The notes: generated from the sequence alone by a model not told the origin. Counted from the first letter of the stretch, positions 47,957 to 59,028 are shown. The stretch: 64,000 nt of DNA from an uncultured Acidaminococcus sp. (GCA_900315205.1 OMYF01000007.1:1969-65968), one strand, 5' to 3'. Program-made: numbers and translations.

Positions 47957-49105
47957 TTACTGCAGCCGGGTGCGGACGAGTTCCGCCCAGAACCTGGCTC
48001 CTGTTTCCAGGATATCATCGTTGAAATCATACACATTCTGATGCAGGGAAATATTGCCTGCGGCTTTTTTCCCGCTTCCGAGGAGCAGGAAACAGCCCGG
48101 CACATGCTGCAAAAAGGCGGCAAAGTCCTCCGAAGCCATCCAGGGATCGCAGCTGCCGTTTACCGCGCCGGCGCCCACCGTCTTTACGGCAGCGGCAACA
48201 GCCGTTTCCACGCACCGGGCCGAATTGACGACGGGATAGAATTCATGGCTGTACGTGAACTCACAGCCCATATCATTCATGGCGCAGACGCCTTCCACGA
48301 TTTTCCGCATCCGGGTCTCCACAAGTCCCTGGTCGGCAGGGGATGTCGTCCGGGCGTCGCCGCGCACCTCCACATGAGTCGGGATCGCATTGTGGGCGCC
48401 ATCCGTCAGGATTTCCGTGCAGGATACGACGACCGGATGGAGCGGAGAGGCATTGCGCGAAACGATGGTCTGCAGAGCCAGATAGATTTCCGCAAAGGCA
48501 GCGAGAGGATCCCGTCCTTCGTGGGGACTCGAGGCATGCCCGCCCTTGCCGGTGATCGTGAAGGTAAAATCATCCTCACTGGCGGCCATCCCGCCCACGC
48601 GGGTATGCAGCTGGCCGGCCGGCAGGAACGGTGCATTGTGCAGCCCGTAGATCTCAGCGATCGGGAATCTTGCAAAGAACCCGTCATCGATCATCGCCCG
48701 GGCACCGCGGCCCGGTTCTTCAGCCGGCTGGAAGATGAACCGGACCGTGCCGTTGAAATCCTTCTGTTCCGACAGGATCTCAGCCGCTCCGAGCAGCATC
48801 GCCGTATGGCCGTCATGGCCGCAGCCGTGCATCTTTCCCGGCACCTGCGACACATGGTCATGGCAGCTTTTTTCCGCAATCGGGAGGGCATCCATATCGG
48901 CCCGGATGCCGATGACGGCCCCGCCGCTGCCCGCCTTCAGCGTACCGACGACACCGGTCCTGCCGACACCCTCCGTCACTTCGATCCCCATCCTGCGCAT
49001 TTCTGCGGCGACAAGGCCGGCAGCCGCGGTCTCTTCAAAAGCCGTACCCGGATGCTGATGCAGATAGTGCCTCCAGGCAATCAGCTGTTCCTTCAGATTT
49101 TCCAT
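47957..49105 (-). CDS. M20D-family amidohydrolase (N-acyl-amino-acid / hippurate hydrolase type)
   Basis: I trimmed the track ORF to the ATG at 49105 (MENLKEQLIAWRHYLHQHPG...). 382 aa with metal-site motifs HQHPGTAFEE and MHGCGHDGHTAMLLGAA. Confidence 0.85.
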   Translation of the reverse strand: MENLKEQLIAWRHYLHQHPGTAFEETAAAGLVAAEMRRMGIEVTEGVGRTGVVGTLKAGSGGAVIGIRADMDALPIAEKSCHDHVSQVPGKMHGCGHDGHTAMLLGAAEILSEQKDFNGTVRFIFQPAEEPGRGARAMIDDGFFARFPIAEIYGLHNAPFLPAGQLHTRVGGMAASEDDFTFTITGKGGHASSPHEGRDPLAAFAEIYLALQTIVSRNASPLHPVVVSCTEILTDGAHNAIPTHVEVRGDARTTSPADQGLVETRMRKIVEGVCAMNDMGCEFTYSHEFYPVVNSARCVETAVAAAVKTVGAGAVNGSCDPWMASEDFAAFLQHVPGCFLLLGSGKKAAGNISLHQNVYDFNDDILETGARFWAELVRTRLQ

Positions 49106-49322
49106 TTTCCTGTCCCTTCCTTTTCCACAGCCGGGCAGCCTTTCCGCACGCTGCCGCGCAGCGGACCGGCGGCAGCAGGCAGGGAAGTGCTGCTCTCCCA
49201 AAGCTCCTTTTGCCATCTATTATAGCCGCTTTATAAAGATCCGATATCACGCGGGAAAGCAAAAATATCGTTTCCTTGCGCAAAAAAAGACCTTACCTTT
49301 GCGCAGCTGTGAGGGTTGAAGG

Positions 49323-49354
49323 CTTTGATGCTTTGATGCTTTGATGCTTTGGTG
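49323..49354. repeat. repeat-family copy C: CTTTGATG x3 plus CTTTGGTG
   Basis: The sequence is ctttgatg ctttgatg ctttgatg ctttggtg. Downstream, CTTCCGGCCGGCTGCCACA (49412-49430) matches CTTCCGGCCGGACAGCCACA (17732-17751) next to copy A. Confidence 0.75.
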
Positions 49355-49451
49355 CCGGGCGCCGGGGGGCCGGAAGCGGTGGGTTTTCCTCCATCACCCC
49401 GTGGGCCATCCCTTCCGGCCGGCTGCCACAAAGATTCCGGCCCGTAAAATC

Positions 49452-49494
49452 AAAAAAAGAGCTGTGAAAAATGACTGCGCATCTTTCACAGCTC
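49452..49494 (-). terminator. rho-independent terminator after the 266-aa lipoprotein gene
   Basis: GAGCTGTGAAA-loop-TTTCACAGCTC followed by TTTTTTT on the minus strand. Confidence 0.85.
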
Positions 49495-49573
49495 CGTCAA
49501 TAAGACTTCCCATAACCTGCAGACTGCCAGCCCCTGTACGGGCAGCAGCGATTTTTCACGGCATCCGCCTGTT

Positions 49574-50374
49574 TCAGTGGAAAAGGCCCTTCAGTTTCCC
49601 AAAGAATCCGTTTTCCTCGCCTTTTGTCACGGACGGCGTGATCACGAGCGTCTTTACGAGGTTGGACAGCTTGCGGGAATCCGCGTTCCAGTACGCCTTG
49701 TCCCCGGCATTCGTATAAGCTGTCAGGATATGGAGCCGGTCATTGTTCAGGAACGTCCAGCGCTGCACATTGACGATCATGATGGTCCTGCCCTGCCGCC
49801 TGATATCCAGATCATACGTGACAAAAAGATGCTCCACACCATTGATGATCTGCGTCTTCAGCGGAGTCCAGTTCCGGCATTCGATCTGATACCCTTCCGG
49901 CAGGCCCTGGCTGACGGCAAACTGGATCCCTTCACGCGTTGCATTGTCGAACTCCCGGATCGCTTTGGCATCCATGCCGAGATTCTGTCCGTAGCGGGAA
50001 AGTTTCATGGGACTTGTGAGCGTCTGGAACGAGATCCGGGCATAGTGCTTTCCCCGTTCCCAGGGAGTGCGGGTGAAATCCGTCGAAAGCAGGAGCACAC
50101 TTCCCTGCGCATTTGCGATGGCCCGGTCCCGGCTCAGGATCACCTTTACAAGGGGATCCGTATCCGCATCCTGCTCCAGCTGCCTGCGGAATTCCTCGTT
50201 TTCGACCGCAATCTCGGAAGGGACGGCAAATTCCGCATCATTGCCCGCCTTCACCTCGATCCAGCCCGGATAATGCTCCGGCTGGACTGTCTGCTTCTGT
50301 GCGGCCTCTTTGCCGCACCCTGTGATAAAAAAGACTGCTGTCAGCAGTAAAAACAGCCATTTGATCTGTCGCAT
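49574..50374 (-). CDS. lipoprotein of unknown function
   Basis: I trimmed the track ORF to the ATG at 50374 (MRQIKWLFLLLTAVFFITGCGKE, lipobox ITGC). 266 aa. I recognise no family. It is followed by terminator 49452-49494. Confidence 0.6.
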   Translation of the reverse strand: MRQIKWLFLLLTAVFFITGCGKEAAQKQTVQPEHYPGWIEVKAGNDAEFAVPSEIAVENEEFRRQLEQDADTDPLVKVILSRDRAIANAQGSVLLLSTDFTRTPWERGKHYARISFQTLTSPMKLSRYGQNLGMDAKAIREFDNATREGIQFAVSQGLPEGYQIECRNWTPLKTQIINGVEHLFVTYDLDIRRQGRTIMIVNVQRWTFLNNDRLHILTAYTNAGDKAYWNADSRKLSNLVKTLVITPSVTKGEENGFFGKLKGLFH

Positions 50375-50513
50375 AAAAATATCATCCTTTCCGCGTGCCA
50401 TTATACCATACGGGAAACACAAAAAGCACACAGATCCCGAAAGGCTGCGTGCCATGACACATAAAAAAGGACCGCAAAGAAAATATCCTTCACGGTCCCT
50501 TATGCACTGAAAG

Positions 50514-51692
50514 TCAGACAGCCATGGACAGCAGTTCCTGCTGTTCCAGCCCCAGTTCCTTGCGGACTTCTTCCCAGACGACGGTCCGGGCTTTCTTAAA
50601 GCCGTTGAACGTGGTCGCCGAAGCGGATGTGTATGCGCCGCACACCGGCACAAGGAGAAGATCTCCCACATCAAGAGGTTCCGTCAGCTTGCCGCGGAAC
50701 ATGATATCGAGGGAATCGCAGCTCGGACCCGCAAAAGTGGCGCGGATCTTGCGGCCTTCCTTGAAGCTGAGCAGCTTGAAATCCCACTGGTCGAAGATGA
50801 CGCCGGAGAAAGTCCCGTAAATCCCGTCATCCAGGAAATACCACACCTGCCCGTTGCGCTCATTGACACCGATGACCTTGGTGATCAGGTTCTGAGCCGT
50901 GCCCGCCATATAGCGGCCCGGTTCGCTCCAGATTTCCTTATCCGCAAAGTCTTCCGACAGACGGGCAGCGATCTGGTCGAGCATAGCCGTCAGATTGTAA
51001 TGGACTCCCGTTTCCGGGATCGGGAAGCCTCCGCCGATATCCAGGATGCGCAGGTCAAGTCCATGCCTGCTGGCTTCGTCCATCACACTCCGCACCACAT
51101 CGAAGGCGTGCAGATACGGATCCGCCGTCGTCACCTGGCTTCCCACGTGGACCGCGATACCCGCCATATCAAGGCCGGCCTCACGGGCCTTCAGCATCAG
51201 TTCCATCGCTTTTTCACGGGGTGCACCGAATTTCTTGTTCAGATCGACATGGGCAGCCGGATTATCGATACGCAGACGCAGGAGCACGGTGGCATGGGGG
51301 ACGAAGCGGGCAATCTTGGCGATTTCCGTCTCGCTGTCAAAAGTCATACGCGTCACGCCGGCTTCCACGCAGGCCTGGAGGCCGCTTTCCGTCTTGATCG
51401 GGTTGGCATAGATCATCCGGTCGCCGGATACGCCGATGCTGGACAGCAGATTGATTTCCCCGTCACTGGCCACATCGAATTCAGAACCTTTATTGATCAT
51501 CGTCTCCAGGATCCTCAGATCCGGATTGGCTTTCATTGCGTAATGGATCTTCATCTGCGGAATATGGGTCCGCAGCAGATCATAGTTTTTCTCCACCTGT
51601 TCTAAAGAAAGCACCAGCAAGGGAGTCCCGTAACGTTCAGCTAACTGGTTGACTGCATCTTGAGACAATTGGAAAAAACTCTGTTCCTTCAT
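50514..51692 (-). CDS. ldc: lysine/ornithine decarboxylase, eukaryote-type (group IV PLP, ODC fold)
   Basis: 392 aa with YAMKANP (PLP Lys), FDVASDGE, IYANPIK, DLNKKFGAP, HVGSQ, LDIGGGFPIP, EPGRYMAGTA, GPSCDSLD and YTSASATTFNGF. This is colinear with the 393-aa Selenomonas ruminantium Ldc as I remember it. Confidence 0.85.
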   Translation of the reverse strand: MKEQSFFQLSQDAVNQLAERYGTPLLVLSLEQVEKNYDLLRTHIPQMKIHYAMKANPDLRILETMINKGSEFDVASDGEINLLSSIGVSGDRMIYANPIKTESGLQACVEAGVTRMTFDSETEIAKIARFVPHATVLLRLRIDNPAAHVDLNKKFGAPREKAMELMLKAREAGLDMAGIAVHVGSQVTTADPYLHAFDVVRSVMDEASRHGLDLRILDIGGGFPIPETGVHYNLTAMLDQIAARLSEDFADKEIWSEPGRYMAGTAQNLITKVIGVNERNGQVWYFLDDGIYGTFSGVIFDQWDFKLLSFKEGRKIRATFAGPSCDSLDIMFRGKLTEPLDVGDLLLVPVCGAYTSASATTFNGFKKARTVVWEEVRKELGLEQQELLSMAV

Positions 51693-52124
51693 TATCCGTC
51701 CTCCTTTGCGTCAATGACGCGCTTTTTTTCGTAGTTTATTATACAACAGCGTCCTGAAAACACAATAGGAAATTTGAGGAAAATAAAGGAGATTGAAGGA
51801 GATAAAAGGAAAATACGAAAAAAGTGTGGATAAAAGCTTGTTTTTATGAATAAACGCGTTTTATCCTCTTTACTTTCTCAATCGAGCTCATACCCCCTCA
51901 TACGCCTCAAAACTTGTCCGTCCGCTGTCTGAAAAATGAATATTTCAGCAGGGCTCACGGCTTCCTTCCGGCAGATTTTCCTTTCATCAGACCTGTCAAA
52001 GCCCGTACAGCGTCACTTGACAAATCAGGCCGGCTATTCGCAAAAATATCACAAAAGAATATTTATGCAAAACAGGATCCTGTTTCCGCTCCTGTCCGGG
52101 CCCGCCCGGAAATTTCCGGCGGAC

Positions 52125-52179
52125 AAAACAAAAAGGCTGCAAAGAGACAGCTTTCCATCTCTTTACAGCCTTTGCAGCC
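52125..52179 (-). terminator. rho-independent terminator after serS
   Basis: GGCTGCAAAG...CTTTGCAGCC stem followed by TTTTTGTTTT on the minus strand. Confidence 0.8.
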
Positions 52180-52202
52180 CCTGCGGGCAGTTTTTCGGTT
52201 CC

Positions 52203-53510
<1,308 letters not shown>

Positions 53511-53603
53511 TTATAACACAAAACCACCCGGAAAAATACGGCGTATCTGCCCTCTGCCGGCAGACCGGCCCGTTCTCCAGTTCCGGACCGGCGTTTTCCC
53601 GGT

Positions 53604-54377
53604 TCAGAGAGCAATGCCTTCCTTCGCTGCCAGGGCCGCAAAGACCCGGTCCATATCTTCCGTCAGGGAAATGGTTTCAGCTCTCATATGCACGGCAAGC
53701 GGTTCCCGGTTCAGGATCGCCAGACGCCGGCCCCGAAAATAGTCGATGAAGGACGCTGCCGGATATACGGTCAGGGACGTTCCGGCAATGATCATCATGT
53801 CCGCATCGGAAATGGCCCGGACGGCATGCTCCACGGCGTCTTCCGGCAGCATTTCCTCATACAGCGTGATATCCGGCCGGATCACGCCGCCGCAGGTGCA
53901 GTGGGGCACCGGTTCCCGGGATTCGAAGATGTAGTCCGACGGATAGGTCTTCCCGCATTTCATGCAGTAGTTCCGCAGGGCGCTGCCATGGATTTCATAG
54001 ACTTTCCGGCTGCCGGCCTTCTGATGCAGCCCGTCGATATTCTGGGTTACGATGCCCGTCAGTTTTCCCTGCTTTTCCAAAGCCGCCAGATATTTATGGG
54101 CATTGTTGGGCTGGATGTTCCGCGTATCCATCTTCTGCCGGTGGAACTCAAAATAAACCTTCGGTTCATTCACGAGACAGCTGTGGCTCAGCAGGTATTC
54201 AGGCCGGTACTGTTCGAACCGCACATCATGCTGGTTGTACAGACCGTCCTTGCTGCGGAAATCCGGGATGCCGCTGGCCGTCGAAACACCGGCCCCGCCG
54301 AAAAATACGATCTTATCCGTGTCCCTGATCCACTGATCCAGGGTGTCTATCTTCTTCTGGAGTTCCTGTTCTTCCAT
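53604..54377 (-). CDS. cobB: NAD-dependent protein deacylase (sirtuin, Sir2/CobB family)
   Basis: 257 aa with GAGVSTASGIPDFRS, TQNIDGLH, a Zn ribbon CxxC...CxC (CMKCGK ... CTCGG) and IIAGTSLTVYPA. Confidence 0.9.
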   Translation of the reverse strand: MEEQELQKKIDTLDQWIRDTDKIVFFGGAGVSTASGIPDFRSKDGLYNQHDVRFEQYRPEYLLSHSCLVNEPKVYFEFHRQKMDTRNIQPNNAHKYLAALEKQGKLTGIVTQNIDGLHQKAGSRKVYEIHGSALRNYCMKCGKTYPSDYIFESREPVPHCTCGGVIRPDITLYEEMLPEDAVEHAVRAISDADMMIIAGTSLTVYPAASFIDYFRGRRLAILNREPLAVHMRAETISLTEDMDRVFAALAAKEGIAL

Positions 54378-54526
54378 GCTCGCTCCACTCCTTTCCTATG
54401 CCTCCATTATACGCCCGGAGCCCTTTCCTCGCCATAAAAAAGGAGCGCGGACCGGTCAAAATGCCCGGGATCCCCAAAACCGCAGGACTGTGCCGGCTGC
54501 TCCCGGATGGTCCTCTTTCCTCTGAC

Positions 54527-54574
54527 GCAAAAGACCGCTGCAGCATGCACATTCCCGTACATACTGCAGCGGTC
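54527..54574 (-). terminator. terminator after the OmpA-family gene
   Basis: GACCGCTGCAG-loop-CTGCAGCGGTC stem followed by TTTTG on the minus strand. Confidence 0.7.
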
Positions 54575-54613
54575 CTCAAGACAGATCAGGCAGTCTTCCC
54601 TGCCCGCAAAGGA

Positions 54614-55654
54614 TTATTTATGTTCCCAGATATCGACACGGCGGTTGTCAGCCTTGCCCTGTTCCGTAGCGTTGGAAGCCACAGGATCCTTTTCACCCTT
54701 ATAGCCGAGCTTCATGCGGCTGCCGTCCACACCGTTGTTTGCGGCGTACTGGGCCACGTTCTGGACACGGCGCTTGGACAGATCCTCATTGTAGCTGTCG
54801 GAAGCATCGGAGTCCGTATTGCCCACGAGCTTGAAGGTGGAATCCGGATGGGCCTTTGCGACGTTCACGAAATTAGCCAGTTTGGCCGATTCGGAAGGCA
54901 GCGGCTGATCATCATCGGAAGCAAAGTGGATGCTGTCCAGATAATAATCATTATACACGTGAGCCGGAGCCACGGGTTCTTCCACAACAGGAGCCGGCGT
55001 TTCCACGACCGGAGCCGCTTCAGCCTTATGGCCGCCGAAACGGTAGGTCAGGCCGACCAGGAAGCCGCGGTATTTGATGTTATGGTCATCATCCAGCTTG
55101 GTATCCACATAACGGTAGCCGGCATTGATATCCCAGTCTTTGGCGATGGTGTAAGCCAGTCCGGCTTCCCACAGGGAGGTCTTCTTGGTACCTACGGCGC
55201 CATCTGCATAGAATGCCAGGTTCTTGGCCAGGTCGTACTTGGCAGCCAGGCCGAGTTGAGCTACGTTGTTGGTCTTGTCAAAATTCCCGCCGTACTTGCC
55301 GGACAGATCGTTGTTGATCCGGTTCCAGCCGGCGAATACAGCCCAGTTCTTACCGAGGCTGTAGGCCAGGTTGACTTCGTGTTCATCCCCGTCGCTCTTG
55401 AAGGAATCCATCTTGGTCTTCAGACCATGATAATCATAGCGCAGAGCCCATTTATCAGTCAGGGCATAGCCCAGGCCGCCGTTGAAATTCCATTTGGTGC
55501 TGGATTCATAGCCGTCAGCCTTCGCCTTGGGATCCCATGCTCCCAGATCGATCTGCCATTCACCCTGTTCCCAGCTTGTCTGCGGTGCTGCACTTACAAT
55601 GGAAGCAGCAGCAACCAGCGCGGACAAAGTGGCTAAAACCACTTTCTTGTTCAT
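54614..55654 (-). CDS. OmpA-family outer-membrane protein (N-terminal beta-barrel plus C-terminal OmpA peptidoglycan-binding domain)
   Basis: 346 aa. It has a signal peptide ending VSA, alternating aromatic beta strands, a Pro/Ala/Val linker (AAPVVETPAPVVEEPVAPA) and an OmpA_C motif NTDSDASDSYNEDLSKRRVQNV ... NRRVDI. Confidence 0.85.
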   Translation of the reverse strand: MNKKVVLATLSALVAAASIVSAAPQTSWEQGEWQIDLGAWDPKAKADGYESSTKWNFNGGLGYALTDKWALRYDYHGLKTKMDSFKSDGDEHEVNLAYSLGKNWAVFAGWNRINNDLSGKYGGNFDKTNNVAQLGLAAKYDLAKNLAFYADGAVGTKKTSLWEAGLAYTIAKDWDINAGYRYVDTKLDDDHNIKYRGFLVGLTYRFGGHKAEAAPVVETPAPVVEEPVAPAHVYNDYYLDSIHFASDDDQPLPSESAKLANFVNVAKAHPDSTFKLVGNTDSDASDSYNEDLSKRRVQNVAQYAANNGVDGSRMKLGYKGEKDPVASNATEQGKADNRRVDIWEHK

Positions 55655-55905
55655 AACGATGCCTTCTTTCCCTCTTCACAATAATTGGTAAAACGAAACA
55701 ACTGGACTCGCCAGTCATATCAGTCTTAGTTTACCGCCCGACTATGAAAAATCGATGAAGAATCTATGTATTCTGTGACATATTTGTAAACTCATTGATT
55801 TTCGGTCCATCGGGCCCAGATTTTGCTTATGCCGGAAGAGACGTCCCCGCTGCCGGTACGGGCCGGCAGCCCGCATAGTGCCGGGACCCCGGTGCGCCGC
55901 CTGTC

Positions 55906-55943
55906 AAAAAGAACCGCGGTGCACAGGCACCGCGGTTCTTTTT
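55906..55943 (-). terminator. rho-independent terminator after cstA (symmetrical)
   Basis: AAAAAGAACCGCGGTGC-acag-GCACCGCGGTTCTTTTT. Confidence 0.9.
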
Positions 55944-55966
55944 GTGTCTTTTTAGTTTTACTGCAA

Positions 55967-57406
55967 TCAGCCTTCAACAGGTTTATCAGCCAGATCAAGT
56001 TCACCGTGTTCAACTTTCTTTGCGCGCTTCCAGAAGAGGATGTTTGCAATGATAGCCACAATGATACCGGCAGGATAAGCGATCGTCGTCGAAAGACCAA
56101 GACCTTCCTTAGCCATGAGGATGTACGTGCAGGTAACAGCACTCATGAAGGTACCAGGAATAAGAGCGATCCAGTAGTTGCCCTTATTCGCCAGCAGGTA
56201 CATGGCACCAGCCCAGAGCACGAACATGGCCAGCGTCTGGTTCGTCCAGGAGAAGTATCTCCAGAGGATCGTCACATTGACCTGAGTCAGTGCGCCGCCG
56301 ACGAGGATGATAGGAATGGAGAGTTTCAGACGGCTGGCAATCGTGTGCTGATCGATCTTGAACCAGTCGCAGATGGTGTAACGGGCACTGCGGAAAGCCG
56401 TATCTGCAGAAGATACAGGGCAGGCAATGACACCGATCATGGCGATGATGGTACCAACCGTACCCATCAGGCCGGAGCAGATATCATAGACAACGCCGCC
56501 GGCACCTTTGTAGGTGACGAAAGCCTTGGCCAGTCCGGAAGTACCGTTGTAGAAGGAGCAGCCGGCAGCCGCCCAGACCAGAGCGATGATGCCTTCGCAG
56601 ACCATGGCGCCGTAGAAAATCTTGTGGCATTCACGTTCACTCTTGATGCAGCGTGCCATCAGAGGGGACTGCGTAGAATGGAAACCGGAAACAGCACCGC
56701 AGGCGACCGTGATGAACATGATCGGCCAGATCGGGGTGCCCTGAGGATGTTCATTGACAAAAGCGATTTCAGGGATGTGATAACCATGGACAAAGAGCAT
56801 CGTGCCCACGCCGACAGCCATGAAGATCAGGCAGAAACCGAAGAACGGATACAGTCTGCCGATGACCTTATCGATGGGCAGGAACGTTGCGATGAAGTAG
56901 TAGATCAGCAGGACGACCAGCCAGAAGTTGAAGCTCATGCTGGTGAGTTTCTGCAGCAGGCCGGCAGGGCCCGTCGTGAAGGCAACACCCACGAGGATCA
57001 GCAGGACGACGGAGAAACCGCGCATGACGCTTCTCATCGTCGGGCCAAGATACTTGCCTACGATTTCAGCGATGCTGGCGCCGTCGTTACGTTCGCTCAG
57101 CAGGCCGGAGATGAAGTCGTGGACGCCGCCGGCAAACACCGTACCGAAGGTAATCCACAGGAATACGGCAGGACCCCACATGGCACCCGCAAGAGCACCG
57201 AAGATAGGACCCAGCCCGGCGATGTTCAGCAGCTGGATGAGGAATACACGCGGCGTGTCCATAGGGACATAGTCGACGCCATCTTCCAGTCTGTATGCCG
57301 GAGTCTTTCTGTCATCGATAGGAGGACGGAAACAACTTTCGACATAACCGCCGTAAATGAAGTAGCCGAGAATTAAGATTGCAAGACACACAAAAAAGCT
57401 AATCAT
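55967..57406 (-). CDS. cstA: carbon starvation protein A family transporter
   Basis: 479-aa polytopic protein. LIQLLNIAGLGPIFGALAGAMWGP and SGFHSTQSP match my memory of the CstA family. Confidence 0.85.
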   Translation of the reverse strand: MISFFVCLAILILGYFIYGGYVESCFRPPIDDRKTPAYRLEDGVDYVPMDTPRVFLIQLLNIAGLGPIFGALAGAMWGPAVFLWITFGTVFAGGVHDFISGLLSERNDGASIAEIVGKYLGPTMRSVMRGFSVVLLILVGVAFTTGPAGLLQKLTSMSFNFWLVVLLIYYFIATFLPIDKVIGRLYPFFGFCLIFMAVGVGTMLFVHGYHIPEIAFVNEHPQGTPIWPIMFITVACGAVSGFHSTQSPLMARCIKSERECHKIFYGAMVCEGIIALVWAAAGCSFYNGTSGLAKAFVTYKGAGGVVYDICSGLMGTVGTIIAMIGVIACPVSSADTAFRSARYTICDWFKIDQHTIASRLKLSIPIILVGGALTQVNVTILWRYFSWTNQTLAMFVLWAGAMYLLANKGNYWIALIPGTFMSAVTCTYILMAKEGLGLSTTIAYPAGIIVAIIANILFWKRAKKVEHGELDLADKPVEG

Positions 57407-57581
57407 TACATTGACCCCCTTCTGCGAAAGATAACCTTCCGCGATTTACAATTCCATTATAGCCGTTTTATTTGTTAAAATCTATATAAAAATTAGCATT
57501 TTTGATATCTATGAGACTTTTCAGTATTTTTTGCACATGCAGTAAATACAACTGCTCTTAATGGATGGTCTTTCTTGACAT

Positions 57582-57616
57582 AAAAAGAGGGCGGGCCCGA
57601 AGGACCGCCCTCTTTT
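57582..57616 (-). terminator. rho-independent terminator after the 450-aa hypothetical gene
   Basis: AAGAGGGCGG-gcccgaagga-CCGCCCTCTT with T-runs on both sides. Confidence 0.8.
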
Positions 57617-57625
57617 ACAGGCATT

Positions 57626-58978
57626 TTATTTTTTGATTGTCCATTTGCTGCACACATGGACTCCGTTTGCTTCGGGCACCAGGGCTGTCAGCTGAACAAT
57701 ATCAAAGAGATTCCTGTCTGCAATTTTGTATTGTGATATCTTATTCTTCCTGATGACGTCTGTAAAGTCGACTGTCAGTGTATTTTCATTATAGGTGCAG
57801 ATCAGATCGTCCCGGCTGACCGTCTTCATATTGAACACGGCATTGACCAGCGACATGATGATCCTCGTGCCCAGGACTTTCACCACGAGCTCGCCGAGCT
57901 TATTGTCGGCCACAGCAAAATCATAGATCCTGAAGCGGGCGTACGATGCCGCGTTGTTGACCGCAAACCCTTCGATCCCGATGACGGCCGTCAGCATGCC
58001 GTATTTTTCATGGTCCACTGTAAGAGCGAGCTTGTGCTCCCCTTCATAGGTGCAGCTCAGCAGGCTGAATCCGCTGTCCTTCAGAGCATCGCTGATCCCT
58101 TTGGAAAGATCGGTGTACGGGATGACGAGCGCGCCGCTGCGGAGCTGTTCCCAGGTCTGGGCGGAAATCCAGCGCATGGCAAGTTCCTTGTAGGGCTGCA
58201 GTTTGTCCGCCATGGCATCAGCCATTTCCTCCACATTGGACATGACGGCTGCGATCCTGCCTTTGGAGCCTTCATCGCTGTTGCGGATGTCTACATACAC
58301 TTCGGAAAGCTTATCCGCTGCCTCATCGGCGCGTTTTTTGATCTTATCCAGGATCGGCCTTGCTTTTTCGCGCACCTTGAGCTTCGTTTCATCTCCCAGC
58401 GGGATCCTGCCGGCCGGATCATCCCTGAATTCCTTGAAGCGGGCAAGCCCTTCTTTCCTGGCAGCTTCGAAGATCTCCCGGATCCGGGCCGTATCCCTGG
58501 GCTGCCCGGCTTTCAGCCAGGCATCGGCAGCCTTGCCTACCGCATAGGTGATCGCCACACCCATGGGGACCTGCAGCGGCGGGAACGGGATCAGCGTAAA
58601 GAGCGTCTGACCCACAAAAGAAGCTCCCAGGGAGCCGATGAGACCCGTAATGGCACTGGACTCCAGCTCAATGCCGCGCAAATCGCCGAGGCGGACGATC
58701 ATATAGACTTCATTGGCCATCAGTGCCAGGGAACCCAGGAACGGAGTCATGACGATGACGCTTGCCCGGGCCGCGCCCCAGCGGCAGATATACTCCGCTT
58801 CCTTCTCCACGGCCGCGGCCTCCTGCTGCGTCCGTCCTGCCTCTGCCTCAGGAATCGGCGCCACTTCTGCTTCCACTGCGTTTTCTTCTGCATTTTCTTC
58901 CGGCTGTCCGGCAGCCGCTCCGGCGGCCTGTCCGGCATCAGTCCGGTCCTGATCGAAATCACGGATTTCTTCCGTCAT
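57626..58978 (-). CDS. hypothetical membrane-associated protein, 450 aa
   Basis: GGGAGGG RBS and ATG at 58978. It has an acidic low-complexity N-terminus and a hydrophobic segment at about residues 65-165 (AARASVIVMTPFLGSLALMANEVYMIVRL...GSLGASFVGQTLFTLIPFPPLQVPMGVAITYAVG) that is reminiscent of DUF697/YcjF-type domains (tentative). A charged helical linker and a ~190-aa C-terminal domain that I cannot place follow. It has its own promoter and terminator. Confidence 0.6.
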   Translation of the reverse strand: MTEEIRDFDQDRTDAGQAAGAAAGQPEENAEENAVEAEVAPIPEAEAGRTQQEAAAVEKEAEYICRWGAARASVIVMTPFLGSLALMANEVYMIVRLGDLRGIELESSAITGLIGSLGASFVGQTLFTLIPFPPLQVPMGVAITYAVGKAADAWLKAGQPRDTARIREIFEAARKEGLARFKEFRDDPAGRIPLGDETKLKVREKARPILDKIKKRADEAADKLSEVYVDIRNSDEGSKGRIAAVMSNVEEMADAMADKLQPYKELAMRWISAQTWEQLRSGALVIPYTDLSKGISDALKDSGFSLLSCTYEGEHKLALTVDHEKYGMLTAVIGIEGFAVNNAASYARFRIYDFAVADNKLGELVVKVLGTRIIMSLVNAVFNMKTVSRDDLICTYNENTLTVDFTDVIRKNKISQYKIADRNLFDIVQLTALVPEANGVHVCSKWTIKK

Positions 58979-59028
58979 AAGGAATCCCTCCCATATGGCT
59001 CCCTCCCGGGAACTGTTTTTTCCATTAT

